Source: Selaginella moellendorffii (Eukaryota; Plantae; Lycopodiophyta). From it: a stretch of DNA of 63,973 nt. The stretch lies in the NCBI RefSeq assembly GCF_000143415.4, contig NW_003314280.1, positions 987,663-1,051,635 on the forward strand, given 5' to 3'. Shown in pieces: positions 1 through 11,612 of the stretch. The notes beneath the pieces are model-generated. The model was given only the letters and a program-made list of their open reading frames with translations, was not told the origin of the DNA and made no database searches. The position numbers and the translations under genes were made by a program. The first letter of the stretch is position 1. Each line of letters starts with the position of its first letter.

Positions 1-1134
1 CCAGCTTACCTTGTCTATCCGTCCAACCATGCCTTGGGTTTTGCTAAGTTCCCTCGCCAAGGTTCCCACCTATGGTACCAGCTCCTACTTGGTCTTACTT
101 GGTTTCAACTACTCACTGCACGAGCAACGGAGTGTTAGCCATCCATCTACGGATTCCCAAATCTCTCCCAATCCCCCTCCCCGGGTTAGATTGGACTTAA
201 GGTTCGGCTACACTCCCCGCAGGCACAAGCAGCCAAGCACACCAAGCCTCCAGATTCCTAACACCCCTTGGTACCACAAGACTTGATCATGGGACCCTCT
301 AAATCCCAAGCCTTGGGTGCAGCACTTGCTTCGGGACGTCGGGGCGAAACACCGTGGCCTAACGGCCCGGTATGGGTACCTCTACCCCCCCTCTTCCATC
401 CCGAAGGGAAGGCCCAAGCCCCCGGAAGGGCGAGGACCAATGAGCCACAAGGTACTCAAGTGGGGCACCACTCCACCTGAGCCAGGAGCACTGCAGTCGG
501 TTTTCCTTTCCGGAGTGGGAGCTGCTCGTGAGCACTTCCTTGGATGGCCCCTCCGGCACCAGCCAAGTCCATGCTCACTCCCACCCAAGGCCCCTCGGTC
601 CCAGTCCCAACCTCAAGTCGGTTTGGAAGCCCAACTGGAGAGTCCCTTCAAAACTGGTTCCTGGACCTCACTATCCCTACTATACTTTTGGAACCCCCTG
701 TAGCCCCCCCCCCCCCCCCCCTGGGAGACGCACGCTTTGGGCTTTCACCCCTTGACCCGTATTAGTATTTGGACTTAGTCTCTGGCTCGATCTCGGACCC
801 GATTTCGGATCCGACTTCGGATTCGGTCTCGGACTCGATCTCGGACTCGATCTCGGACCCGATCTCGGACCCGACCTCGGACTCGACCTCGGACTCGGTC
901 TCGGACCCGATTTCGGATCTCGGACTCCGTCTCGAACTCGGTCTCGAACTCGGACTCGAACTCGGTCCCCGAGTCGGTCTCGGACTCAATTCTGGACCCT
1001 ATCTCGAACTCGGTCCTAGAGTCGGTCTTGGACTCGATCCTCGACTTGGTCCCATCCGATGAACTCTTTGTCATTTCGGTCAAGCTTTTGGGGATCCTTT
1101 AGCCTACGACAGCTCGGGGAGTCGGTTCCTTACA
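1..1134 (-). repeat. 3' LTR of family A element (starts ~30 bp before window)
   Basis: 1-203 matches 7125-7327. Ends gttccttaca, as at 7553-7562. Confidence 0.9.
769..1060. repeat. Degenerate hexamer array ((G/A)GACTC/GATCTC/GGTCTC) inside LTR; also at 1495-1770, 7327-7490, 41237-41690, 46960-47110
   Basis: Visible 6-bp periodicity. Confidence 0.9.
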
Positions 1135-1847
1135 CTAAGCCCCTAGGAAGGGCGAGGACCAATGAGCCACATAGTACTCAAGTGGGGCACCACTCCACAT
1201 GAGCCGGGAGCACTGCAGTCGGTTTTCCTTTCGGGAGTGGGAGCTGCTCTTGAGCACTTCCTTGGATGGCCCCTCCGGCACCAACCAAGTCCATGCTCAC
1301 TCCCACCCAAGGCCCCTCAGTCCTAGTCCCAACACTCAAGTCAGTTTGAAGCCCCACTGAAGAGTTCCTTCAAACTGGTTCTTAGACCTCACTATCCCTA
1401 CTATACTTTTGGAACCCCCTACAGGCCCCCCCCCCCCCCCCCCCTCTGGGAGACGCACGCTTTGGGCTTTCACCCCTTGACCCGTATTAGTACTCGGACT
1501 TAATCTCTGGCTCGATCTCGGACTCGATCTCGGATCCGACTTCGGATTCGGTCTCAGACTCGATCTCGGACCCGATCTTGGACCCGACCTCGAACTCAAT
1601 CTCGGACTCGGTCTCGGACCCGATTTCGGATCTCGGACTCCGTCTCGAACTCGGTCTCGAACTCGGTCTTGAACTCGGTCTTCGAGTCGGTCTCGGACTT
1701 GATTCCGGACTCTATCTCGAACTCAGTCTTAGAGTTGGTCTTGGACTTGATCTTAGACTCGGTCCCATCCAATGAACTTTTTATCATTTTGGTCATGCTT
1801 TCGGGGCTCCTTTAACTTACGACACCTCGGCGAGTTGGTTCCTTACA
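1135..1847 (-). repeat. Tandem partial duplicate of the 3' LTR (copy of ~415-1134)
   Basis: Restarts at aagcccc..ggaagggcgaggaccaatgagcc, ends ggttccttaca and is directly followed by the PPT. Confidence 0.9.
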
Positions 1848-1860
1848 ACTCCACTACCTA
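1848..1860 (-). promoter_or_regulatory. Polypurine tract of family A element
   Basis: Minus strand TAGGTAGTGGAGT lies immediately before the LTR TG. A similar tract precedes the LTR at 46732. Confidence 0.75.
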
Positions 1861-1914
1861 TAGAAGAAGTTCAATGCCCACATTGAACGTCTCTTCTTTT
1901 TCTTCCTATGACTT

Positions 1915-2165
1915 GTTGACCATGTCTCCGGGGGCATCCCCCCACTTAGCGGTGTGCCTAAGTTAGCCTCCCCGGCCAAGAGCCCATAACAACGGAATAT
2001 AGGTGTCCCTATACTCCTCACCTCACCATGCCCTAGTATGGGGTCGGGACTTGAACCCAACCTTGCTTTACTAGGGGGTTGGGACTCGAACCCAACCTCC
2101 GTAGAATACGTCTACGGATTCGACATCCCCACAGGGAGTTGGGCATAGTTCCCTACGCCTGGTCG
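1915..2165 (-). ncRNA. Conserved structured RNA module with two tRNA T-arm/B-box-like hairpins in the 3' UTR of element A
   Basis: Homologous to 45164-45390, with compensatory changes in several stems. GGGTTCGAGTCCC at 2093-2081 and GGGTTCAAGTCCC at 2058-2046. Confidence 0.6.
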
Positions 2166-2253
2166 ACCTAGCTAGCCCATGCTAATTAGCTTACCTTCAG
2201 CGCACCTTCAGGTTCTAACATATGCCATTGCTCAACTTCTCAAATTGATACTT

Positions 2254-3597
2254 TTAATTGAACTTTGCATAAGTACATAGAGTTCTGCCTTGCAGAAATT
2301 CCTCCACTAGATCTCGCGCGTTCGCTAGGTTCTCCTCCAGTTCCCATGTTGCTTCGTAGTGTGGAAATCCTTTCCACTTCACATGGAACTCTCTTACCTC
2401 GCATCCTTGTCGCTTACTCTTGCGCGCATTGAGGATGGCCTCGACTTCATATTCCTCCTCCCCTTGGATAACCTCAGGTAAAGGTCTTACTTGGTCCTTG
2501 CAAAGTGGATCCTCAAAATATGGCTTGAGTAAGTTCACATAGAATACGGGATGCATCTTCCCCATCTCTCGAGGAAGTCGAAGACGGTAAGCCACTTTAC
2601 CGATTCGAGCTTCGATCTCGTAAGGCCCCGCGAACCTGCTTAAGAAACTCAAGATCAATTCGTTTGCAAGAATATATGCATTTTTACCTTTGGGTCAACT
2701 TCCGGCTAATCCCACTTGGTAGCCTGAGGTTCTTGGTGTTCAGCCACACCTTCTCCCCAGCTTGGAACTCTACATCCCGGCACTTCTGGTTCGCATACTT
2801 AGTTTGCCTTTGTTAAGCCCATTCCAAGGAATCCCTCACTAGATTCCAAATGTTGAGTCTTTCTGCCGCGAATGCCTCCACTACGGGTAACTCTCCATGA
2901 TACTCGGCCACGCCGAGTTCCACAGGACCTTCAATAGCTCGCCCATTGATGACTTCCCATGGACTCACCCCGATGCTAGAATGTGGTGAGTTGTTATAAC
3001 ACATTTCCGCAAGTCCCAAATGACTTACCCAATCAGTCTGGTCTCCCGAGACATAGCATCGCAAATAAGCCTTCAGCTGCCTATTCACCCTTTTCGTTTG
3101 TCCGTCTGTCAAGAAGTGTTAGTGCCATCAATCTTGACTTAATACCCATTACCTGTCTGTGGGTGATAGGCTGTGCTGAATTTCAACTTGGTGCGATACT
3201 GTTCTAGGAGTGTCCTCCAAAACCTACTGGTGAAGATTTTATTTTGATCTGAGATAATCTCTTCTGGCCTTCCCCGCACTCGAACCACTTGTTCAAAGAA
3301 TAGCTTCGCCACACCTTCCGCATCCACTTCCGTTGTGGTGGGTATGAAATGTGCCATCTTCAAAAATCGATCCACCACCACGAATATCGCAAAGAACCCT
3401 TCGCTTGGGGGGAGTCCCGTGATAAAGTCCATTGTAAGACATTTCCATTGACGATCTGGAATTGGGATGCTTTGTAACAAGCCCCCACTAGCATTAATCA
3501 CGGCTTTTACCTGCTGACATGTTGAGCATGTCTTTACATAATCTTGGACATCCTTAGCCATATCTGGCCAGTGGTACTTCCTCTTGAGTAAGCCCAT
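2254..3597 (-). pseudogene. Integrase (zinc-binding, core, GPY) plus C-terminal chromodomain, disrupted
   Basis: Motifs YHWP..CSTCQ, MDFITGLP, HPQT/DGQT, RFAGPYEI, MHPVFYV, YEVEAIL..VKWKGF..ATWE. Contains stops and an insertion at 3111-3157. Confidence 0.93.
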
Positions 3598-3619
3598 TGT
3601 TCTTGGGCACTCCGCCGTG

Positions 3620-3719
3620 NNNNNNNNNNNNNNNNNNNNNNNNNNNNNNNNNNNNNNNNNNNNNNNNNNNNNNNNNNNNNNNNNNNNNNNNNNNNNNNNN
3701 NNNNNNNNNNNNNNNNNNN
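3620..3719. other. Assembly gap (N); further gaps at 46243-46342, 48418-48517, 53566-54223
   Basis: Runs of n. Confidence 1.
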
Positions 3720-3842
3720 TCCGTTGCGTTCCGCATAGCCCGTTTTCTCTTCCGTTGGCAGCTCACCTCTCTGGTGAGCTTCCCGTGCCTCTAGATTCCT
3801 CATTAACACTTCTTGTGCTAGACCATCGTTCTCGTATGCGGT

Positions 3843-5345
3843 CTACACATCATCCCAAAAGGTTGCTGTCGCGCTAGATATCGCCAACTTCAAGCTCGCT
3901 TTTCGACTTAGCGCATCTGCCACGATGTTGCTCTTCCCAGGCTTGTACAGAATCTCGCAATCAAACTTGGCCAAAGCATTGGCCCACCAACCTTGTTTTC
4001 CCCTCATGTCGGGCTGTGACAAGAAGTGTTTCGTTGCCACATTGTCCGTGTAAACCTTGAAGTGTCTCCCAAGGTAGTGTCGCCACTCCTTGAGTGCCTT
4101 GACCACCATAAACAATTCCTTCTCATGGGCAGGCCACTTCCATTGAGCCTTGTCCAACTTCTTTGAGAAGAACGCTACTGGATGGTTATTTTACTTCAAA
4201 ACTGCGCCCAATGCAAAGTCTGAAGCATTTGTTTCTACCTCAAAGTCCTTACCAAAGTCTGGTAACGCCAGCACAGGAGCGTTCCTCAACTTCCCCTTAA
4301 GGTGGACAAATGCTACCTCGCATTCCGCTGTCCATACCATCTTCCCTTTTCCCGCTTGGTTCGTTAAGGGCAGGGCTACTCTCAAATAGTGTTTGATAAA
4401 CTTTCGATAGTAGTTGCATAGCCCCAGGAATGCCCTTAACTCATGTACATTTGATGGTCGCTCTCAATCCTGGATTGCTTGGACCTTCTCAGGGTCCACC
4501 TTGAGCCCGTCCTTGCCCACCACATGCCCGAGAAACTTTACCTCTTGTTGAGCAAAGTCACATTTGCTCTCTTTAGCATACAGCTGGTGTTCCTTTAGTT
4601 TCCCAAACACTTTCGTCAAGTGTTTGGCATGCTCCTCTAGCGTTTCGCTATAGATCAGAATGTCGTCAATATAGAAGAAGATGGATCTATGCACATGTGC
4701 ATAGACTACCGGTTGCTCAACAAATATACAAAGAAGAACAAATACCCTTTGCCAAGGATTGAGGACCTATTCGATAGGTTGGGAAAGGCAAAATACTTCT
4801 CGATGATTGATCTAAGGTCAGGATACTACCAGATCAGGGTAGCAGAGGAAGATGTCGAGAAGACAACCTGTCGAACAAGGTATGGGAGCTTCAAGTTTCT
4901 AGTGATTCCCTTCGGGCTATGCAATGCGCCGGCAACGTTTTCAGCATTGATAAACCATATCTTTGTACCCTATTTGGATCACTTTGTGGTTCTTTTTCAC
5001 AAATAACACCGGCGCCCTATACGGCGACTTGCTCAACCTAACATGCCCTTTGTCCACCAACTCCTCTAGTTGGCGCTTGAGCTCCGCAAGTTCTTTTTCG
5101 TTCAAATGATAGGGGGGACGAACCACCGCCTCAGCACCCTCGACTAGCTCAATCTTATGTTCTATCGGTCGTGCGGGGGGCAATTCTGCCAGTAGCTCCT
5201 CTGGCATGGTATCCTGGAATTGGTCCAACACCCGCTGGATCACTAAAGGTACTTCTTCCGTTCCAATCTTTTTGTGGCTTCTCACCGAGAGTAAGCACAA
5301 AAATGCAGCCTTGGTCCCTTTAGTGAGTTGTCCTTTCGTGGACAT
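3843..5345 (-). pseudogene. Reverse transcriptase and RNase H, disrupted
   Basis: Motifs [54 protein letters not shown]. Confidence 0.93.
4675..4992 (+). other. Inverted internal segment of RT ([11 protein letters not shown]...PYLDHFVV) lying on the + strand
   Basis: The segment fits exactly between minus-strand APVLFVKK and FYIDD once reversed. Confidence 0.9.
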
Positions 5346-5393
5346 CAGGTTTAAGCAAGAATCTTTGGCCTTGCATTGCCCTACCTTTAGATC

Positions 5394-5786
5394 CTAGGCC
5401 TCCACCCTAGATCTTCTTCCTTGGGCATTCGCCAGTACCACAAGGTTCCTGCCTTGTCCATGTAGGGCTACCACGAACCGATTGAACCAATCCATCCCGA
5501 AGATCACGTCAAATCCCACCATGTTCAACACGGTGAAGTCCATGTCTACTTTCCAAGTCCCTACTTCGACTCTCGCTTGTCGAAGTATCTCATCGGTGTT
5601 TTGGCTACCTTGAACAAACTTTATAGTCCTTGGTTCACCCAGCCGCTGCACCATTAGTCCGGCTTGCCGAACTATGTCTACAGCCACAAAATTATCCGAA
5701 GCACCTGTGTCAATAAGGATCTTAACAAAGCTACCCCCGAGCTTCCCTCGGAGGGCTAGTAGATGTCGCGAACGACTCTCTACCAA
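5394..5786 (-). pseudogene. Retroviral-type aspartic protease
   Basis: ILIDTGASDNF and FDVIFGMDWF motifs. Confidence 0.9.
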
Positions 5787-5863
5787 AGTTGTTCATGTAA
5801 TGAGTAACTTTGAGCTAGGGACTGGATCACATACCTCAGTTTAGACTTCACCCGACTTAATGG

Positions 5864-7034
5864 CTATATTGGCTTTGGCCTTCTTCGGGTAGGGACATTC
5901 CCTCGAAAAGTGTCCCGCTTCACCGCAGTTGTAGCATATGTTGTTTCCCACGCTGCTAAACGACTTAACCTTCTTATCCGTGGGTTTGTCTCTTTTTGCT
6001 TGACTCCCCTACGTACTTGCTCGCTAGCCACCGGATTTGCCCTTCTGGAACCCCGAGGACTCATTCTTAAAGAAAATCTTCTTGAATTTCCCTTTGTTAT
6101 ATGTTCCCCTTGGTTTGGCCCCTTTGCTAAATGTGGATCCTGACCCCGTCGCGTTCCCCTTTCGCAGGTTATCGTTGAAATGCACCTTAATGGCCGCATC
6201 CAACGCTTCTTTGTAGTTGGTCGGGTTCCAGCGCATCACCTCACCGAGAGCCTAGGTTTGCAAACCTGGTATGAAGGCATGGAACACATCCATATCCCCC
6301 ATGTCCATGACAAGTATTCTCTTTGCCATGAACCCATTCACATACTCCTAGATGGTTCCAGTCTGCTTCAGCCTACTCAACTCATCTCTTAGATGCAGAG
6401 TGGCATTCGGAGGAACGTATGTTGCGCGGATCCTCGCCTTCATCATGTCCCAAGTGGCCACCGGTCCTTCGTTGGCCTCTATCATTCTCCACCAAGACTT
6501 AGCATTATCTGCTAAGTATGGTTTTGCACATAGGACTTTCTCCGAGCTCGGTAATCGCAACGCTGGGAAGTAGTCCTCTATATCGTAAAACCAATCCTCC
6601 ACCACCTTATAGTCATTCACTCCCTTGAAGACTGGTGGGGGCTTTGGTTTGTACTTGGGAACTACCTGAGGGACTGATTCTACCTCGGTCTGTTCAACCT
6701 TGTTTGGTTCTGCCTCAATCCCTGCCGAAGGGTCCACACCTTCTGCATTGCCAGCATCTATAGTCTTTCTCTTTTCCTTCCACTTCTCATCACGCTTTAG
6801 CTTGCGTACGAGAGTCTCCAACAAGGCATTGATCTGTGCCAACTGTCCTTCTAGCACGTCCAATCGAGCCTTGGACGACCGAACCTCGCCACCAGGCTCC
6901 TGTTTAGAAGTTTCCTCACTAGAGTCCTCCTCATGCAAGGATTCCTCATCCATAGCCTCTCGTTCAACCGGAGGCTCCAGCTCTAGAGGAGGTTCCGTCT
7001 CCGCCTTGGTTCGCTTCCGCCCTGCTTTTGCCAT
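5864..7034 (-). pseudogene. Gag with CCHC zinc knuckle, with internal stops
   Basis: Retrotransposon gag motifs (AKSWW, LKQTG). CYNCGEAGHFSRECP encoded at ~5937-5893. Confidence 0.9.
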
Positions 7035-7078
7035 TTCCCAGCAATCTACCTCTATCCTTCGCTAGAACTAAGGAAAAA

Positions 7079-7090
7079 GCTCCGATACCA
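7079..7090 (-). promoter_or_regulatory. Primer binding site (tRNA-iMet type)
   Basis: Minus strand TGGTATCGGAGC, 3 nt inside the LTR CA end. Confidence 0.9.
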
Positions 7091-7093
7091 AAT

Positions 7094-7562
7094 TGTAAGC
7101 CACAAATTTTTCCTTTCCAATTTGCCAGTTTACCTCGTCTATCCGTCTAACACTGCCTTGGCTTTTGCTAAGTTCCCTCATCAAGCTTCCCGCCTATGGT
7201 ACCAACTCCTACTTGGTCCTACTTGGTTTCAGCTACTCACTGCACGAGCAACGGAGTGTTAACCATCCATCCACGGATTCCCAGATCTCTCCCAATCCCC
7301 CTCCCTAGGTTAGATTGAACTTAAGGTCTCGGACCCGATTTTGGATCTCAGACTCTGTCTCGAACTCGGTCTCGAACTCAGTCTTGAACTCGGTCTCCGA
7401 GTCGGTCTCGGACTCGATTCTGGACTCTATCTCGAACTCAGTCTTAGAGTCGGTCTTGGACTCGATCCTAGACTCGGTCCTATCCGATGAACTCTTTATC
7501 ATTTTGGTCATGCTTTCGGGGCTCCTTTAGCCTACGACACCTCAGCAAGTTGGTTCCTTACA
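7094..7562 (-). repeat. 5' LTR of family A with ~700 bp internal deletion
   Basis: TG...CA ends. Joins sequence equivalent to ~203 directly to ~898 of the 3' LTR. Confidence 0.88.
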
Positions 7563-10500
7563 TGTGATTTACCATCTTTATATGACATAGAAAACTTCCT
7601 AGTGGGCATTGTTTACTTCTCCAACAAGCCTCATTTGATGCCAACTGGCTGCCTCGGAACAAATGTGCCCTTCCAACAAAACTACACTTTTGTGCAAGCA
7701 TATATTCGGATTCTTGGGTGAAATGGAACTATCCAAGGAGGCAATTGCAATGAGAGGCTTCTTAAAAATATCAAGATGTTTGAGGAAAGAGTTGGATAGG
7801 AAGGTATTGACATTTTGGTCTGTGAGCTTATCAAGTTACTAGGTTGGAGCCCTTGGTCTACTATTATGGTTACTGACACTAGTTTTTGTAGTGCAAACAA
7901 TGTATAAGATAGTTGACTATTGCACGGAATAAAATTTAGAAGTGGCAAGTTTGTTGGTTGAACCATTTTGTCTAAATTAAAAAGTAGGTGAAAGAAGCCA
8001 AGATGACATGGCAAACTCATTAGCCATTATGACAAGTAATAAGTTGTTTAGATTTGTGTAATTCTTGCTAAAGCATATTTTACAATGGATGATATGAAAA
8101 ATCTACCAAAGGAGAAAGTAATGTAATGGATGACCTTGGAGGTTGCCAATTTTCTTATGCTTCTATGTGGAAACCACTACAATTATGATGCCTTGATGAA
8201 ATCACCAATAGATGGATCATTGCTAATGCTAATGACTGAAAGTAACCTCAATCGGTGGCTTTTGACTCTGGAAATAGGTCTTTTGAAAAGGCTGCAGGTC
8301 AGGAAATGGTTCAAGGAGCTTAAATAGTCTAGTTTTATCACCAAAAATTAGTATAGTAAAACTAGATCTATGAACTCTATATTACTATAGTGAGGAATCC
8401 AAGTGGGCTAGGCCATTTCTAGTCCTTTTGTCCAAGGCATAGGATCATCTGTTGGTAACCTAGTACCAATCATGACCAAAATAATCATTCCAGCATTTCC
8501 TATAGTTTTGGTGTTTATAAGGTATTTGTATTGTGGAAGACAAGGATTAGTAATGCAATCTCAACTAGCTCTATCACTCATTTTTTCGTAAAAGTACAAA
8601 GCTAGGATTATGGAATGAAATGAGACTTGCATGACTAATGCTCGCTAGCCAATATACTCAAGTATGTGTCCGGGCTGCACATTAGAAGTGACTTTCAAAG
8701 ACTAAATCTAGAGAGCATGTTTAACCTGATCGATTTTCATTGCTTTTGGTGTAGGCTTCTAAATTTGGACTTCCTAAAAAGTCACCTAGCCTCAAACCCA
8801 AGGACACTTAATGCCAAATATCCCAAGACCCTTAACCAATTGGAAAAGAGGGTGCACTTTTATTTATAAACCCTTTCCCTCTATATTTAAATCCCATTAA
8901 TCATTCTTTTTGGTTGCTTACAATCCACTACACTTCCCCGCAAGTTCACGCCCTTGTAAATAGAAGTTGAAAGGTATAGCTCTCTTGAGAGCTCTACTCT
9001 CTTAACACCCTACCCCTCGAATCAAGCCTAGCAAGAGCAAATTGGACCTAGACCTATAGTGTGCTAACCTGGGGCATTTATTTCACATGCTTATAACCCT
9101 TGATCTTGTCAATACCAAACATTAGACATAATACAAGATTTAACCCAAGAGTTAGATGTTTTCTTTCAATCCCTAATCTTCCTAGAAAGGAGAAGAACAA
9201 GGACAAATCAATTGTTCTTTCTCACATTCTATCATAGTGGGCACACTTGATATTGCCATTCAAATCTTACCAAAGATCTCCTCTCTCTCAAAAAGGCAAT
9301 TCCAGGCCAAAACTCAAATCCTACTTCATGAAATTTGGCACTCTTGCCAACTTCACTCTCACTGCTGATCTCACCTATAAATAAGAAAAGAGAAAAAGAA
9401 TGAAACTAGGCTGGGACGAGGCTCTGGAAATGGAGGTTCTTGACCTTGCTAGCAGAGAGCTGAGTTTTAAACCTTTAGAGAATAGCAAGCTTGGATGATA
9501 AAAGCAAAGTATTTTGAGCATGTTGCACTCAGCTCCTCAAGACATTGTGTGCATCATAGTTTCCAAAAAGTTCAAGTGATGATAAGTAGTGATTCTAACA
9601 AGGATTTTCAGATAGAGATAGATTGGATAGGATATTTAGATTCATAACTTGCCAAGATGCTCTCTATGATGCCCTCTAGAGCTCTAGTCACTTGATTCAT
9701 GTAGGAAGGGCTTGATAGAAACTTGAATTGAAATTCTAGTTGATCATGGTGCCTAGCTCCTTGCACAGCTCACTCTTCCACGCAAAAACAACAAGTCTAT
9801 GGAATGGAAAATAATTTGTAAAATCACTCTATAATCATCAGAAGCCTTGCCTCAGAGTTGCAGGTGCCCTTAAGATTGTTCGGCTGTGGCAATGGTGTCA
9901 TGGGCTGGATGTGGAGCTGCAAGATTTGGAGGGTGTTACCAATTTGCCACCTGAAAAACTTAGCTTAGGTGGGATTGAGTTCTTCTTAGCAAAATTGGAG
10001 AAGAGGATGAATCAGATGGAGCAAATTATCAGCTCAAGATGATGGAGATGCGATAATGATACCATTGGTATGGTTTTCTTTTCCAGGCATCAGTTGAGAT
10101 CTCACTAGAGGGTTCTGGAAATCTTCAAATATAAGAAGATTTTATAATACACTTCTTATTAGGAACTGCTCAGATTAAACACTCCAAACAGGCTTCTTGT
10201 GTCTTTGGAGCTACTACACTAGACTTATTTAAAGATTTCCTGGGATGAACGGTGCTAGGATCCCTCCCTCATAGAGCATCAGTGAGGCTAATCCGGGCAT
10301 CTAAGTTAGATTATGGCATTGGCTGAAAAAGAATAAAGCAATTGCTTGTAAACCTATGATACATAAGAGTTTCTTCTCTTCTTGATATTTTAATAGCTTA
10401 AACCAGGAGCTAGGAAGAAATACAAAGAAGGATATAATTGGTTGTAAATGTAGAAAGAGGGGTGTTAATCTCAAAACATAGATGAAAGATAATACATGTG

Positions 10501-11006
10501 GTATTAGAGCTATATTTTTTAGAAGAGTGGACATCAATCTTATTAAATATTTCCTATTTTATATAACCCTCAAGGTTTGAATCAATCTCTTCTTTGCAAT
10601 TACCATTAATATATCAAATATACTAAGGATTATGGTATCATGGAATGAAAGTCATTACTAGATGTTTGTAATAGCTAAAAGGTTGATTGTTTGTTGGAGT
10701 TTTAGGAAAGTTGTTGTCTTATGAGGTAAAAATTAACTTTTTTGCAATGAAGCTTACAGGCCATAGTTCTTAGAACTACAAAGATTTTTGAAAACTTTAC
10801 CTAGCAAAAAGAGTATGGGAGAAGTATTTGTTTTTGCTCTAATTTTCTTACAATACCATTTAACATTTGGTTATTAATTTTTTTTCATAAGCTAAAGATT
10901 TGAGTTTGGCTTTGGTTCAAATGCCTTATGATTGCAATTTCTTGGAAGATATATAAAACAAAATTGATTTAGCAAAGTTAAATATGACAAGTTAGGAGAT
11001 TGGCTA

Positions 11007-11090
11007 ATGAGCATTATCATTATTAAAAGTATAGATCCATTGAGAAAACTTTGTCACCAACTTTGTACTTTTAATAATAACAATGCTCAT
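11007..11090. repeat. Imperfect inverted repeat (27-bp arms, 30-nt loop)
   Basis: atgagcattatcattattaaaagtata versus tgtacttttaataataacaatgctcat. Confidence 0.8.
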
Positions 11091-11304
11091 CATTAGAAAT
11101 GGATTTGTCTCATGAAATAGATAAGAGATTGGAGAGATATTGAATTTAGACTTTGTGAAAGGTCATTTAATTTAGTGCTATTCAAACTCAATGACATTTT
11201 AACCCTAAGTATTTTAAAACCCTCAACTAATTGAATAATTTACTACATATTAAACGCTTCATTTGCTTAAAAATAGTGTTATTTTTATTTGATTTATTTA
11301 ACAT

Positions 11305-11560
11305 CAACCATTAGAAGGTAGAATAAACTATAATATACTAAGAAGTGTTTAAGAAATTTTATAAATTATAAATACAAAATCAATTTAAATGCATAACAAC
11401 CATTAGATGGTAGAATATTCTACAATATCAAAGCATATTTTAGATATATTCCACTCTGTTTACAGGTTTTTCTTAAGCAAACCAAAAAAAAATGCACTCT
11501 TATTTATAGGCACTTTCCCTCTATATTAAACTTCATTAAAGTCACTTTTTTTACTTGTTG
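11305..11560. repeat. AT-rich dispersed repeat (MITE-like?); related copies at ~8850-8920, 18855-19090, 19255-19460
   Basis: Shared blocks such as ccattagatggtagaatat, aatgcactcttatttatag and the palindrome (gg)tttgcttaagcaaa(cc). Confidence 0.6.
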
Positions 11561-11612
11561 ATAGGTCACTTCCAAAAACTCCACTGATATGTACAACTTG
11601 AAACTCAAAACA

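Larger units (their letters stand above)
1..7562 (-). mobile_element. Ty3/gypsy chromovirus LTR retrotransposon (family A), decayed; left end lies just outside the window
   Basis: Minus-strand order gag-PR-RT-RH-INT-chromodomain. LTRs bounded by TGTAAG...CTTACA, PBS TGGTATCGGAGC at 7090-7079 and PPT at 1848-1860. Coding region broken by stops, frameshifts and an inversion. Confidence 0.95.

Noticed and set aside
762-1083. ORFs with RD/SE/LG dipeptide repeats (also 41237-41781)
   Set aside because: Artefacts of hexamer arrays within LTRs, open in several frames on both strands.
2046-2117. Possible tRNA gene (GTA-containing loop followed by a T-arm)
   Set aside because: No recognisable D-arm or acceptor stem. 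Treated as part of the structured module instead.
7563-10560. Possible decayed transposon or gene
   Set aside because: Only short ORFs and no motif I can assign.
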